A DNA stretch of 64,000 nucleotides, from positions 32,001 through 96,000 of the IMG/VR virus record IMGVR_UViG_3300023235_000012. One strand, 5' to 3'. Source of the DNA: a virus. Both the position numbers and the translations under genes were made by a program. Below the pieces are notes generated by a model. That model was not told the origin of the DNA. It ran no database searches and saw nothing but the letters and a program-made list of their open reading frames with translations. Of this stretch, positions 28,663 through 38,353 are shown in pieces (position 1 is the stretch's first letter; the number at the start of each line of letters is the position of its first letter).

Positions 28663-28769
28663 GATGTTAATATAAATTATTCTAGGTTGTTTGTCAATTA
28701 TCTTTTGATAGACTAAATAAGAATAAGGCTTCGATGCCTTTAGTTATAAACTCTAATAGGAGAAAGACG

Positions 28770-29585
28770 ATGGGACGCCCTTTACATTCAAAATTAGGCG
28801 GGAACGTCACAGGAAGTGGAAATCAACTTCGTGTTATGGCACATCTTGATGCTGTAATTGGTCCAGAACCTTGCTGGATTAACAAACAAACGGGATCAAC
28901 TCGTTTCAATGTCAGTTCAGTAGCTGGTGGTGCAACGCCGACAAGAACCGGTACAATTTATCTTGTTGGCAATGATGAACCAGCTCTAAACGAAGGTTAC
29001 ATCAAAGTTCTACCGGTTGCAATTGACGACGGTGGTGGTGCATTGTTTACCGCCACAATGCTAGTAGTGGGTGCAACAATCGTTGATGGTGGAACCGGAT
29101 ATGCCGGAACCGATACCTTAACTGTTGTTGGTGGAACGGCTGGAACAGCCGCGACATTGACAGTTGATACGGTTAGCACTGGAGTAATTACTGTAATTAG
29201 TATAGCTGACGGACAGGATTATACTGTCCTTCCAACTAATCCGGTTTCTGTGACCGGTGGTACTGGAAATGATGACGCAACATTCAATTTGACATACGGC
29301 ATTGAAAGTGTAGCAGTTGATCAAGGTGGAGATGATTGGAGTACTGCACCAACTCTTCAAGTTATTGGTAACGGTTCATCGGGTGCAGTTTCTGCTACAT
29401 TAACAAGTGACGTGATCACTTCGGTTGCAGTTGATACTATCGGAACCGGCTACACTAGCATTCCTAGAATTGCTACAGCAGTTGCTGGAACGAGATTTGC
29501 TACGAAACTTCACGATAATATTGTGAAGACCACGGATGGAACAATTTACAGTTATCCGGGTGAAGCAGTATTTGATCAAGACTAA
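28770..29585 (+). CDS. probable virion structural protein (Gly/Thr-rich repeats)
   Basis: MGRPL start, I.KQ.GS..F, G.GY repeats; CTAAATA promoter at about 28713. Confidence 0.65.
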   Translation: MGRPLHSKLGGNVTGSGNQLRVMAHLDAVIGPEPCWINKQTGSTRFNVSSVAGGATPTRTGTIYLVGNDEPALNEGYIKVLPVAIDDGGGALFTATMLVVGATIVDGGTGYAGTDTLTVVGGTAGTAATLTVDTVSTGVITVISIADGQDYTVLPTNPVSVTGGTGNDDATFNLTYGIESVAVDQGGDDWSTAPTLQVIGNGSSGAVSATLTSDVITSVAVDTIGTGYTSIPRIATAVAGTRFATKLHDNIVKTTDGTIYSYPGEAVFDQD

Positions 29586-29613
29586 TATGATTGATGACTA
29601 AATTGATCGAAAT

Positions 29614-29644
29614 AAAAGGAGAGGATTAAATCCTCTCCTTTTTT
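29614..29644 (+). terminator. intrinsic terminator
   Basis: AAAAGGAGAGGAT-TAA-ATCCTCTCCTTTTTT. Confidence 0.8.
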
Positions 29645-29665
29645 CAAAAGCAGATATTAAATATC

Positions 29666-29944
29666 TTAAGAGTAAACGATAATAGCTTTCTTTGCTTTTT
29701 CTATTTGGGTTGCAAGCTGTAAACGAGCTTCCATCTCTGCGTCTTTGAGGTTGCTGAAAAAAACTTCTTCTCCTTCAACTTTAAAAACTTGACACATTCC
29801 CAATGGATGCGGCCGAATATTTTCAGAAAACCTTCGATTTCCAGTCTCTATTGTGATATCATGAAGGCCATAACGGATATTGACCTTTTTCTCCGAAAGG
29901 TTAGTCTGGATTACTCTAGCTTCTGGCGCTGTTCTTCGCTCCAA
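29666..29944 (-). CDS. hypothetical protein
   Basis: ORF fills the gap. Confidence 0.45.
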   Translation of the reverse strand: MERRTAPEARVIQTNLSEKKVNIRYGLHDITIETGNRRFSENIRPHPLGMCQVFKVEGEEVFFSNLKDAEMEARLQLATQIEKAKKAIIVYS

Positions 29945-30083
29945 AAGACATTACCCATCTTTTCACGAAACGACATAACGCGCTTCCTAAATTCTTCAAC
30001 TGAAATTTTCTCGGACACCGTATCTTCCTTTTCTTTATTACTCATAATAATAACACAGAAAAGGAAATTGTCAAGCGAAAAGT

Positions 30084-30632
30084 TTAAAAAACATCCATAA
30101 TATCCAGAACATCGTTCATCTTGTCTGAATCATCGACGAAATAAACGCATTCGGGATAGCTAGTTTCTTTTCCGGTTATCATATCTTTCCTGCTAACCCA
30201 TTCTGACGGGTTCCCTAATGGAACGGCAAGAAGCTGCTTCTTCTGGAGTCTAGGAGTAAACCAACTGGTGACGCTAGTATAGCTATTTGAAATCTGTACA
30301 GGCTGAAATTTTGGAACATAGCTCTTGAACGGATTGAGAACATATGCTTCATAATCAAAGTTTGGTAATTCTTCGATGTCGACTAGTTCCAATTCACCCT
30401 GAATAGCATCACCTGTCAAAATCCTCCAGTTCATCGGTACTTCGAGTTGATACTTTCCAATCGAAAGTTGAACAGCAGGATATTCATATTCGTTGAACAT
30501 CGTCAGGTTAACAAAATAATAGTCAATATCATCCGGATTGGATGCATCCAAAATTGCACATTTCTGCTTACTTATCCCGTCAACTATTTGAGTGATATCA
30601 AAAACGGTATTTTCTGGTGTTAAAATTCGGAT
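30084..30632 (-). CDS. conserved jumbo-phage hypothetical protein with probable AUC start
   Basis: Frame is open 27 codons above the TTG; GAGGAG-N6-ATC CGA ATT TTA ACA (xRILT). Confidence 0.7.
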   Translation of the reverse strand: MRILTPENTVFDITQIVDGISKQKCAILDASNPDDIDYYFVNLTMFNEYEYPAVQLSIGKYQLEVPMNWRILTGDAIQGELELVDIEELPNFDYEAYVLNPFKSYVPKFQPVQISNSYTSVTSWFTPRLQKKQLLAVPLGNPSEWVSRKDMITGKETSYPECVYFVDDSDKMNDVLDIMDVF

Positions 30633-30699
30633 AGTGATCTCCTCTAACTAAACACAAATAATAACGATAATAACAAAGAAGAGTGTCAATGTCAATAAA

Positions 30700-31269
30700 T
30701 CAATAGACTTCTTTGACTTCGTCACAGCATTTCAATTTCTTTGCTTGTTTAGCTGACAACCAGACATCGTGTGCAGGTAACAGATACTCTCTGATTTTCT
30801 TTTCTGTCATCCCATCGATGCATTTCATATAATGCTTTAAGATACGCTCACTTGTCAGTTCAAAACCTTTCTGTGAAGCGTAAAGGTCATGTTCTTTCCC
30901 ACTGCTTCCAGCAGAATATTGATGAGACAAAATACTGGTATTCGGCGTTAGGATCCGATGTCCTTTCTCACCAGCGATGAATGCAATAAAACCACAGCTA
31001 GCAATTTGACCTATAGCGACTGTTCGGATGGGGATTGCGCTTCCTTTCATTGTGTCTACCAATGCAAAGCAAGTCGATACCAATCCACCTGGAGAACAAA
31101 TCACTAAAGTTAGAAATTCTTTACGATCTGTTTTTCGAAGATTTTCAGTTATGATCCATCTGATTGCTTTCTCACAAGATTGATAATTGAAATTATCCAT
31201 AAAAAGATAATATCCATTATCTCGAATTGGATCGAAATCAGTCTCAGTTGATGGATTATTGCTGGTCAT
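30700..31269 (-). CDS. clpP: ClpP-family protease
   Basis: CSPGG, G..ASCG (catalytic Ser), SHQ (His), D.WLSA; SD AAGGAG before ATG 31269. Confidence 0.85.
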   Translation of the reverse strand: MTSNNPSTETDFDPIRDNGYYLFMDNFNYQSCEKAIRWIITENLRKTDRKEFLTLVICSPGGLVSTCFALVDTMKGSAIPIRTVAIGQIASCGFIAFIAGEKGHRILTPNTSILSHQYSAGSSGKEHDLYASQKGFELTSERILKHYMKCIDGMTEKKIREYLLPAHDVWLSAKQAKKLKCCDEVKEVY

Positions 31270-31286
31270 TTTTTCTCCTTTGGACT

Positions 31287-31541
31287 TTACTTGATTCTTT
31301 GATTGTCTATTAGGTTTGGGAGTTCCATCCAATGTGTTGGATTTCTGAGTAATCGTCCTCCGACCCATTTGTTTATTCTTCTATTATATGATCCTAACCC
31401 AATCCAAGCAACGTGTTTTTCTGATCTGTCAGAACTCATCCATGTTATAGGATTAAAAATTGATTTTTCTTGAATTGAAAGCACAATGACTTTTCTATTA
31501 GAATTAGGTATTTCTGATATTGGATATAGATCATTAAACAT
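31287..31541 (-). CDS. hypothetical protein (DUF551-like PTHWM..P tail)
   Basis: PISE.P...NPTHWMELP. Confidence 0.55.
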   Translation of the reverse strand: MFNDLYPISEIPNSNRKVIVLSIQEKSIFNPITWMSSDRSEKHVAWIGLGSYNRRINKWVGGRLLRNPTHWMELPNLIDNQRIK

Positions 31542-31568
31542 AAAAATATTTACTGATTTTATGAAATT

Positions 31569-33044
31569 CTAAGCATGAAGCCTCCAATCAGCAATCTTAT
31601 AAACCGTGTGTTTTTGGATTTTTTCACGATAATATTTACAGCGTTCATTCTTGTGCCTGTTCGAGTATTTGGTTGATGAGCAGATATCAAACACCTGAAC
31701 GTCTTCCTTATCAGATCCTTTTCTAAGTCCACGACCAAGAGACTGTATCACTCTCGTGAAGGCTCGTCCCGATTCAATCATCACTAAATTATGAATCCGC
31801 TGAATATCAATGCCTGTAGAGGCAACACCATATGTAGCAACAGTGACAGTATGATTTCCGGCCTGTACTTCAGCATATCGATCTTGACGATCTTTACTTT
31901 TCATTGCACCTCGGACGAACTCTGCGTCTAATCCTAGCGCTTTAAGTTCTTCGGTTAGCGCTTTTCCGGGATCAACCCTATCGATGAGTATCAAGGTGTT
32001 TCCGGTTGTTTCTGTTATCTCTTTCGTGAATTTTGCTATGTAGCTTATTCTCTCTTCATCTTTGAGGATAGCGTCTAGCTCTGCATGATAATCGATGAAC
32101 TCTCTCTTGTCTACCAGCTGCATGATGGTGATTTCAGAATCAGCTAAGAATCCTTTGTCTTGTAGTTCTTTGGTTTCCACTTGCAAGACACAGGGACCGA
32201 TAGCCAATTCCAGCTGGATAGCTTCAATCTTTTCCTTAGGGATCGTGCCAGTTAGCCCCCAACGAATAGGAATATTTTTGAATTGATTGGTGAACAGATC
32301 CTTCAACACTGCTCCTGACATGGTGTGCGCTTCGTCGGAAATGATCGCCTGCTGACCCTCTAGGACTTCTTCTATTTCTTTCGGTGTTAGCTGATCCATT
32401 CCTCTTGGTTTCTTATAGAAAGCATTGATGGATTGCCATGTACAGATGGTAGCTTGCTTGTTCAACTCTTTCGTCTTCCCATAGAACAGCCCAGTTTCGA
32501 TGCCCATATCCGTGAAAACCTTTGCAGTCTGAGTGACGAGGTCAGTTCGAGGTACCACAATTAGCATTCTACCGTAGTTCTTGACCTTTTTTGCTAACGC
32601 GGCGGCGATTGCTGTATTATGGTGAATTATGCCGGAACTGTCCACATATAGATGAGGAGAAGGCAATGAAACATCAAAGTATTTTTGATTGGGCAATGTC
32701 TCAATTTTTCTAACCTTCTTAAAACCTCGAACGGTGTCGATTTTCTGACCACTGCACAAATCTCTAGCATTTATCTCTTTTCTATTTGAAAACAAAATAT
32801 GACCAGACGAACATTCAATGTTTGAATTATCTTCAAAAAATATCTTAATTCCATCTGTGGATTTCATAATTAGATGCAATATCGGCTCATATGACTCAAT
32901 TGATCTAATATATATTCCACTTGATTTGATATCTTTTTCAATGTTTTCTTGAAATTTAGATTTAGAAAATTCTTCATAATACGAAAATAAATCCCCAATC
33001 TTAAGAGTGCAGCTTTTCAAAAATTTCTCCTTCAATATTTCCAT
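31569..33044 (-). CDS. split-intein C-fragment (143 aa) fused to UvsW-like SF2 helicase C-part
   Basis: CSSGH (block B), YFDVS, IIHHN/T; then DEAH, GLTGT, STGID, QSLGRGLR; own SD AGGAG. Confidence 0.9.
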   Translation of the reverse strand: MEILKEKFLKSCTLKIGDLFSYYEEFSKSKFQENIEKDIKSSGIYIRSIESYEPILHLIMKSTDGIKIFFEDNSNIECSSGHILFSNRKEINARDLCSGQKIDTVRGFKKVRKIETLPNQKYFDVSLPSPHLYVDSSGIIHHNTAIAAALAKKVKNYGRMLIVVPRTDLVTQTAKVFTDMGIETGLFYGKTKELNKQATICTWQSINAFYKKPRGMDQLTPKEIEEVLEGQQAIISDEAHTMSGAVLKDLFTNQFKNIPIRWGLTGTIPKEKIEAIQLELAIGPCVLQVETKELQDKGFLADSEITIMQLVDKREFIDYHAELDAILKDEERISYIAKFTKEITETTGNTLILIDRVDPGKALTEELKALGLDAEFVRGAMKSKDRQDRYAEVQAGNHTVTVATYGVASTGIDIQRIHNLVMIESGRAFTRVIQSLGRGLRKGSDKEDVQVFDICSSTKYSNRHKNERCKYYREKIQKHTVYKIADWRLHA

Positions 33045-33150
33045 TACTTTCTCCTGAACCGGTTATTCCTTCTATTTTATTCATAAGAAACTTACCAAAT
33101 TCAGTATTTTCATCAATTAATATGTCGATATTAGTATTGTATCCTAGACA
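32616..33150 (-). mobile_element. naturally split mini-intein with atypical (N-proximal) split site
   Basis: GAGK/CLGYNT...stop (49 aa) and M...HHN/TAIAA (143 aa) in different frames; no homing endonuclease. Confidence 0.85.
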
Positions 33151-33594
33151 TTTCCCTGCTCCGGTAGCTGCTTCGACTATTGCGTGTTGATTTTCAAGAA
33201 GAGCGTTGACTATTCTTACTTGATGTTCTTCCAAGACGACAGCTTCACCTTCGAGCCGGTGACCCTCGGGCCAATTGACGTCGTTCAAATAATTTTCATC
33301 GATTGGTTTGAAGCCTACTTCGAACTCAGCACGATGATCTTCGATTTCGATGTTATAGAGTCGCTCCTCAATGATTGGAAGGACGCGGTCAAGAAGATTG
33401 ATAAATGTTTCACCGTTTACCGCATTGAAAAAAGCTTTACGTCCATCCCATCTTCCCATCTTCACTGCATAGGTATGGCGGGCTTTGGGATCGTAAAACT
33501 TTAGAGCAGCTGAACAAAGACGCCGTGTTTCAGCGTCTAATCCTTTGAATGTAGCGTTTACTTCGTCTTTTAAAATTAACGTGCAGCTGCGCAT
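33001..33594 (-). CDS. UvsW-like helicase N-part fused to split-intein N-fragment
   Basis: GRWDG, Q motif, Walker A ATGAGK followed by CL. Confidence 0.9.
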   Translation of the reverse strand: MRSCTLILKDEVNATFKGLDAETRRLCSAALKFYDPKARHTYAVKMGRWDGRKAFFNAVNGETFINLLDRVLPIIEERLYNIEIEDHRAEFEVGFKPIDENYLNDVNWPEGHRLEGEAVVLEEHQVRIVNALLENQHAIVEAATGAGKCLGYNTNIDILIDENTEFGKFLMNKIEGITGSGESNGNIEGEIFEKLHS

Positions 33595-33664
33595 TTTTCT
33601 CCTTTGGAAATTAGACAGTACAATATTATCTTAATATAACAGTACAGCGAAAAAAAGTCAAAAA

Positions 33665-33694
33665 GATACCGTCTTCCGTTCTGGAAGACGGTAT
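33665..33694 (-). terminator. intrinsic terminator
   Basis: ATACCGTCTTCC-loop-GGAAGACGGTAT followed by a T tract on the minus strand. Confidence 0.75.
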
Positions 33695-33819
33695 GAAGAT
33701 TTAAAAGTTACCAGCTAAACGTTGCTACGGCCCAGACTGCAAAGATAATACCGAGGAAGAACCAATGCACCATCCCATAATCTTTTCGTTTCATCATCTT
33801 CTTTCCTTTCTATTAAAAT

Positions 33820-34905
33820 TCAAATACGCTTCAGCAGTGTATTTCTTGCTAAGTATTGCCAGTCATCTGGTTTCATCCGCATGAGATCGGCAAGATTGAG
33901 CACCGTGCGTAGAGTGATGCCATTCTTCAATTTACCAATGTTCTTTCGGATGAAATCGACGATCTCTTCGCGCTCTTCAGTTTTGAGATCATATTCGTCC
34001 AACATCCCCGACCCCAACGCCACACTCTTCACTCGCAGGAAACGATCCCGCGGTGTGTCAATGGTCAGGTCCAACGAAAGGACTCGATCAAACAGTGCCT
34101 GCACGTGCGCCTTGATTTTTTCGGATCTCGTCGTCTCTGGCTTAAGGTTTGTGATAAAGATCACCGAGCCCTTGAATTCGAAATGATTGGGGATGCCTTC
34201 AGCAGCAAGCAATCTACTATCAGAATTATAGCTGAGATATCGTCGTTTGCCAGTATCCAAGGCTGCTTTCAGCATATTCAGTGCATCACCGTCGAAGAAG
34301 ACACTGTCACAATCATCAAAAACCAAGATCTGGTCTGCGTTGCTGAATGCATAAAGCTTTATGAAAAGCATAATAGGAGTAATCGTACCCTTGACGATGT
34401 CAAACGTCGGCTTCTTATCGGCCATATAATTCATCACGTTGAGCTCTGTCAGGCACTTTTCAACTCCAAAGCTCTTACCTACGCCAGGAGCGCCCGAAAC
34501 GACCAAACCTCGAATGTGACCCCGACCAACGCCAAACGTCAATTCGTCAAGAACGCTAAATCGTTCATTAATCCGTTCGATGGCGTTCTTTTCTGTCTCA
34601 CCGTCGACATCGCCTTCCAATGTTACCTTGGTCCAATCAATTGCGCTGGTCTTAACACCTTCGGGAACTTCGAACACTGGAGCAGAAACTTCGATCTTTG
34701 AATCGACCTTTTCGTAATCATCCTCCGATGAGATCAGCACCCGAGCATTACTATTCGGATGTCCAAAAACTTCACCGTTGACTGTCACCTTCAGGATCGG
34801 CTTCCCTTTGTAGAAACCTTTTTTCGCAGGTTCAATCATCTCAGCAATCGTACCAGAAACATCGGTCTTCCGATATGTTCCTTTTTTAATCCGTATCTTC
34901 TGCAC
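33820..34905 (-). CDS. P-loop AAA-type ATPase
   Basis: GAPGVGKS, LVFDDCD, IFITN. Confidence 0.85.
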   Translation of the reverse strand: MQKIRIKKGTYRKTDVSGTIAEMIEPAKKGFYKGKPILKVTVNGEVFGHPNSNARVLISSEDDYEKVDSKIEVSAPVFEVPEGVKTSAIDWTKVTLEGDVDGETEKNAIERINERFSVLDELTFGVGRGHIRGLVVSGAPGVGKSFGVEKCLTELNVMNYMADKKPTFDIVKGTITPIMLFIKLYAFSNADQILVFDDCDSVFFDGDALNMLKAALDTGKRRYLSYNSDSRLLAAEGIPNHFEFKGSVIFITNLKPETTRSEKIKAHVQALFDRVLSLDLTIDTPRDRFLRVKSVALGSGMLDEYDLKTEEREEIVDFIRKNIGKLKNGITLRTVLNLADLMRMKPDDWQYLARNTLLKRI

Positions 34906-34991
34906 TTGCTTCTCCTTCTTCCTTAGTGTCTTTATAGTATAAACTTAAAAAAGATTTTGTCAAGTGTTTTCTTGGATTATTTTCGAAGAGT

Positions 34992-35020
34992 CGAAGGGTG
35001 ATCTTTTCGACCACCCTTCG
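34992..35020 (-). terminator. probable terminator after pncA
   Basis: CGAAGGGTG...CACCCTTCG inverted repeat. Confidence 0.6.
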
Positions 35021-35025
35021 TTAGA

Positions 35026-35601
35026 TTAGCCTAGAACTACCCTCTTATTCACCCATTCTTCAGAATAGACTTGCTCAATCTGCCGCTCTATTCCTTTGGT
35101 AAGGTCCTTCTTGACCTTCACTCGAAAGCCATTCTTCACAAGACCGTCGACCGCCCATTTCACACAAAAATCAGCCGCAAAACCTACAACCTCAAAGTCA
35201 AACAGTTCGTCTCGCTTGAGATGAGCGAAGAAAAACTCTCTCGAGCATTTGTGGCCTTCTGCGTCGGTGATGGTCACCTTCTCTTCTTGCCACATGTCAA
35301 AGACGCCTTTCTCCAGTTTATAGACCAAAGGCTCGATGTCAGTTGTGACGGCTAGTTCCCATCCCTCTGTTCCTTTAACACAATGAGGAGGAAAAATTTT
35401 ACCCTCTTCTGATTCTGCGTAAACCTCAGGAACATGAGTGTCGAAGGAATAAAGAACCAGGTGGGTGTCTTCCTTCGTAAGGCTCTTGAGGTAATCATTG
35501 ATCGGTTTGATCAATGGTTCAGCTCCAGGAACCGGTAGATTTGCGCCTTCTTTGATGAAATCTACCTGTGCGTCGACTACGATTACAACTTTCTTATTCA
35601 T
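35026..35601 (-). CDS. pncA: nicotinamidase
   Basis: VVDAQVDF...G.LPV, D.H, FPPHC..GT.G, KG, G.A.DFCV. Confidence 0.9.
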   Translation of the reverse strand: MNKKVVIVVDAQVDFIKEGANLPVPGAEPLIKPINDYLKSLTKEDTHLVLYSFDTHVPEVYAESEEGKIFPPHCVKGTEGWELAVTTDIEPLVYKLEKGVFDMWQEEKVTITDAEGHKCSREFFFAHLKRDELFDFEVVGFAADFCVKWAVDGLVKNGFRVKVKKDLTKGIERQIEQVYSEEWVNKRVVLG

Positions 35602-35665
35602 CTTACTCTCCTAATATTATAGATGAACTTTTCAAGTGACCAAAATGATCCTTAATTCGATCCTC

Positions 35666-35881
35666 TTATTGAGTGACCTTAATTTCTAACGACTTGGTTT
35701 TGAACATGAAATCCAGAATCGCTTTGACCGCAGCGCATTCTCGAGCGTTAAAGTTTTCTTGATCGATGATAACATTATTAGCATTAATTTCTCGCAAGAA
35801 CGACTGTAGTTCTTCGGTGAAAGCCCAGAGATCTATTTTATGCTCGGGCATCATCGTTTTTGCTTCACTAGCGTTTAACAT
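35666..35881 (-). CDS. hypothetical protein
   Basis: SD AGGAG; lies between NMNAT and pncA. Confidence 0.6.
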   Translation of the reverse strand: MLNASEAKTMMPEHKIDLWAFTEELQSFLREINANNVIIDQENFNARECAAVKAILDFMFKTKSLEIKVTQ

Positions 35882-35983
35882 TGCAACTCTCCTATGAGTT
35901 TGACGTCTTTTGGTTTATCCCAGGGCAACGTGGCATTCCCTTATTGTCCTTGTAGTTTAACACTTTTTTGATGAATTGTCAAG

Positions 35984-36580
35984 TCATTTTATTCTATAAA
36001 TTTCTGGGAATTTATCAAGCACCAGCTGATGATTAACCCGCGGGACCCATTCTTTCCAATCTGGTTGACCGAGTTCAAGAAAGGTTCTAAGATCTGTCGC
36101 AGGAGGAACATTGTTATGATCACGATTGATAATATGACATTCCCTTTTTTGATCTTTGATTTTGAATCTATTCTTCCATTGTTCTTGAATCATAAACGTA
36201 TTCCACTGGATTGGTGTTCCTTCCAAGAAAAATCGATCTGTATACCATCGAGAATCAGCTACACTTCCAGTAAAATAATCGGTTGGATCAGGAAGACCAA
36301 TCTTATAGATCTTTTCCAAGACATAATCAATCCAATCGTTATTGTCGTCTTGAGTGTCTAGATCAGCTAGTTGAATAATCTTCAGACGATCTCCAAAAAC
36401 ATTTTGAACCATCATTTTTCGATCTTCGAATGAATAAGGATTCCACTTATTATTGACATTGGTTGAACCAATCCCCAAGATCACCGTCTCACATGACTCG
36501 ATCATTTGATTGATGGTCTGTGTATGTCCTTTATGCAGCGGTTGGATTCGCATGCAGGCAAGTGCTGTCCTTCTAGTCAT
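35984..36580 (-). CDS. NadM-type NMN/NaMN adenylyltransferase
   Basis: R.QPLHKGH, GIGS, NPYSFE.R..M, ATDLR; SD AGGAGG before ATG 36580. Confidence 0.85.
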   Translation of the reverse strand: MTRRTALACMRIQPLHKGHTQTINQMIESCETVILGIGSTNVNNKWNPYSFEDRKMMVQNVFGDRLKIIQLADLDTQDDNNDWIDYVLEKIYKIGLPDPTDYFTGSVADSRWYTDRFFLEGTPIQWNTFMIQEQWKNRFKIKDQKRECHIINRDHNNVPPATDLRTFLELGQPDWKEWVPRVNHQLVLDKFPEIYRIK

Positions 36581-36581
36581 A

Positions 36582-37052
36582 TTAAATCCTCCTACGCTTT
36601 TTCTCTTCAAGAAACGACAAGGCATCTTTGACGATTTCGGTATGATTGAACGCCAACTTGATCTCTTCATTCACCACTGGATCAGTTGACACCCATGCAA
36701 TTGATGAAAGATCGTCACCAGCCCGGACTGATGGTGGATTAACCAGTATGACCAGATAGCAAACATTGACAACATGACAGCGAGGATCAATAATTGGATC
36801 GCTGTAAACTGCGAATAGATTCAATTTTGACAATGGGACTTCCAAGCCGGTCTCTTCTTTGATCTCCCTGATCATAGCTTGTTCTACCTGTTCACCTTCA
36901 TCAACGAAGCCTCCAGGAAGGCAAGAATAACCAGGGAAGGCGTCTGTCTTAGAAGTTCGACGACCAGTCAAAACCGTAGTTCGTCCATTAGAAGGACAAA
37001 TGATAACGGCGGTTGCAGTGACTGCTGGTCTTGGATATTCGTAGCTTATCAT
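36582..37052 (-). CDS. Nudix hydrolase (ADP-ribose pyrophosphatase-like)
   Basis: Intact Nudix box GGFVDEGEQVEQAMIREIKEETGL; DPR, AGDD, LAFNH. Confidence 0.9.
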   Translation of the reverse strand: MISYEYPRPAVTATAVIICPSNGRTTVLTGRRTSKTDAFPGYSCLPGGFVDEGEQVEQAMIREIKEETGLEVPLSKLNLFAVYSDPIIDPRCHVVNVCYLVILVNPPSVRAGDDLSSIAWVSTDPVVNEEIKLAFNHTEIVKDALSFLEEKKRRRI

Positions 37053-38353
37053 ACCCTTGTCTCCATTTCAGTTTTTCCATCATTGCCGAAAATCTTCAAG
37101 TATTTTGCAATTTCAGATTGGATACCTGTAGCCTTTTTCGGGTTGTTGCTCAGCTTAACTGCTGGTTTTCCATCTGCTTCGAGTACCTTGCACACCAGAC
37201 TGAAAGAACGAAAACGATCTTCTCCTGATGGATCACAGTTGATGAAATCGTTAGTTAAAGCTGTTCCCCATCCGAACGGTGTGATCATCTGCCCTTCGAA
37301 TTGTGTCTGAAGGTTGACAATATTTTCGTAATCCAAACCGTCCGAGAAAATACAAGCCTTCTCACGTGGATCAACATCATGATCACGCAACCAATAGAAG
37401 AACATATTAGCTTCAACTTCTGGGCTTCCAGAGTCCTGTCTGATTCCTCTCCAGTTGGTGGCGATCTCTTCCGCAAGGTTCCGAGGCATCCCTTTAAAGA
37501 ACTGCGTAGATCCATAGGTATCAGGTAGAACGATCCGAAGACCTTTACCAAACAATGTTCCCCATTCACGAACGATATCATACTGTGCTTTGGGTTTCAG
37601 TTCATCCGGATATAGTGCAGTCACCACCATTGGAAGCTCATGAGCGTTCGTACCAATTGGAACCTTATCCTGATTAAAAGCCAACCAAGTATTGCTAGTT
37701 CCGACGAACTGATCGCCCAGTACATCACTGGCCATCTCAATGGCGAATTTCTGCCAGAGGAAGCTGTGACGACGACGCTGTCCAAAATCCGTGATCTTCG
37801 CGTTTGGTGCGTTTTCTTTGATGAATTTCAGTTTGTTGTACAGCTTGCTGGTCGCGTTCGCGTAGAGGACCTTTCGATCCATCGATGTCATCTTCCGCAA
37901 TTTCTTCCGGTAATAAAGCTCCGACACGATCGCCAGGGCAATGGTTTCCCAAAAAGTTACCTGCTCCCAAGGTCCTTCGAACGTTAGGCTCAGTTCAGGG
38001 CCTTTCATCTCAAGGTGGTAATCAGGCAGACGAACAGTGGAAAGGAACTCGATGTATTCTTCGTCGAACATATTTTCACCGTAGACGTCCATTCCACGAA
38101 GGTAATAAAGGTCGGTTCTTCGAAAGCCCAAGGTGCGAACATGATCGAGCTGCTCTCGGAGCTCCTGTTCGTCAATCATAAATCCTAGTGGAACGTTTTG
38201 ATCACGGTTGATCAATCTAAACTTGACATTGACACCCCGATGTTTTTTGAAAATGTAATAACCCATCGTAAGTTTATAAAAATCGACGTCCATCAGAGAT
38301 CTAATGATGAAATCGGTTTCTTGCAAAGAACTTCGTTCTGCAAAATCAGTCAT
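37049..38353 (-). CDS. pncB: nicotinate phosphoribosyltransferase
   Basis: D.DFYKLTM, DFGQRRRHS, GTSN, GTNAHE, DTYG, RQDSG, FSDGL, FGWGT, KLSNNP.KA. Confidence 0.93.
   Translation of the reverse strand: MTDFAERSSLQETDFIIRSLMDVDFYKLTMGYYIFKKHRGVNVKFRLINRDQNVPLGFMIDEQELREQLDHVRTLGFRRTDLYYLRGMDVYGENMFDEEYIEFLSTVRLPDYHLEMKGPELSLTFEGPWEQVTFWETIALAIVSELYYRKKLRKMTSMDRKVLYANATSKLYNKLKFIKENAPNAKITDFGQRRRHSFLWQKFAIEMASDVLGDQFVGTSNTWLAFNQDKVPIGTNAHELPMVVTALYPDELKPKAQYDIVREWGTLFGKGLRIVLPDTYGSTQFFKGMPRNLAEEIATNWRGIRQDSGSPEVEANMFFYWLRDHDVDPREKACIFSDGLDYENIVNLQTQFEGQMITPFGWGTALTNDFINCDPSGEDRFRSFSLVCKVLEADGKPAVKLSNNPKKATGIQSEIAKYLKIFGNDGKTEMETRV

Noticed and set aside
34105-34701. 198-aa plus-strand ORF and the many other short antisense ORFs in the track
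   Set aside because: They lie wholly opposite well-supported genes and are expected shadow frames.
35882-35950. Possible riboswitch in the leader upstream of the small ORF and pncA
   Set aside because: No recognisable aptamer consensus; it reads equally well as a 14-codon relic ORF (MPRCPGINQKTSNS).
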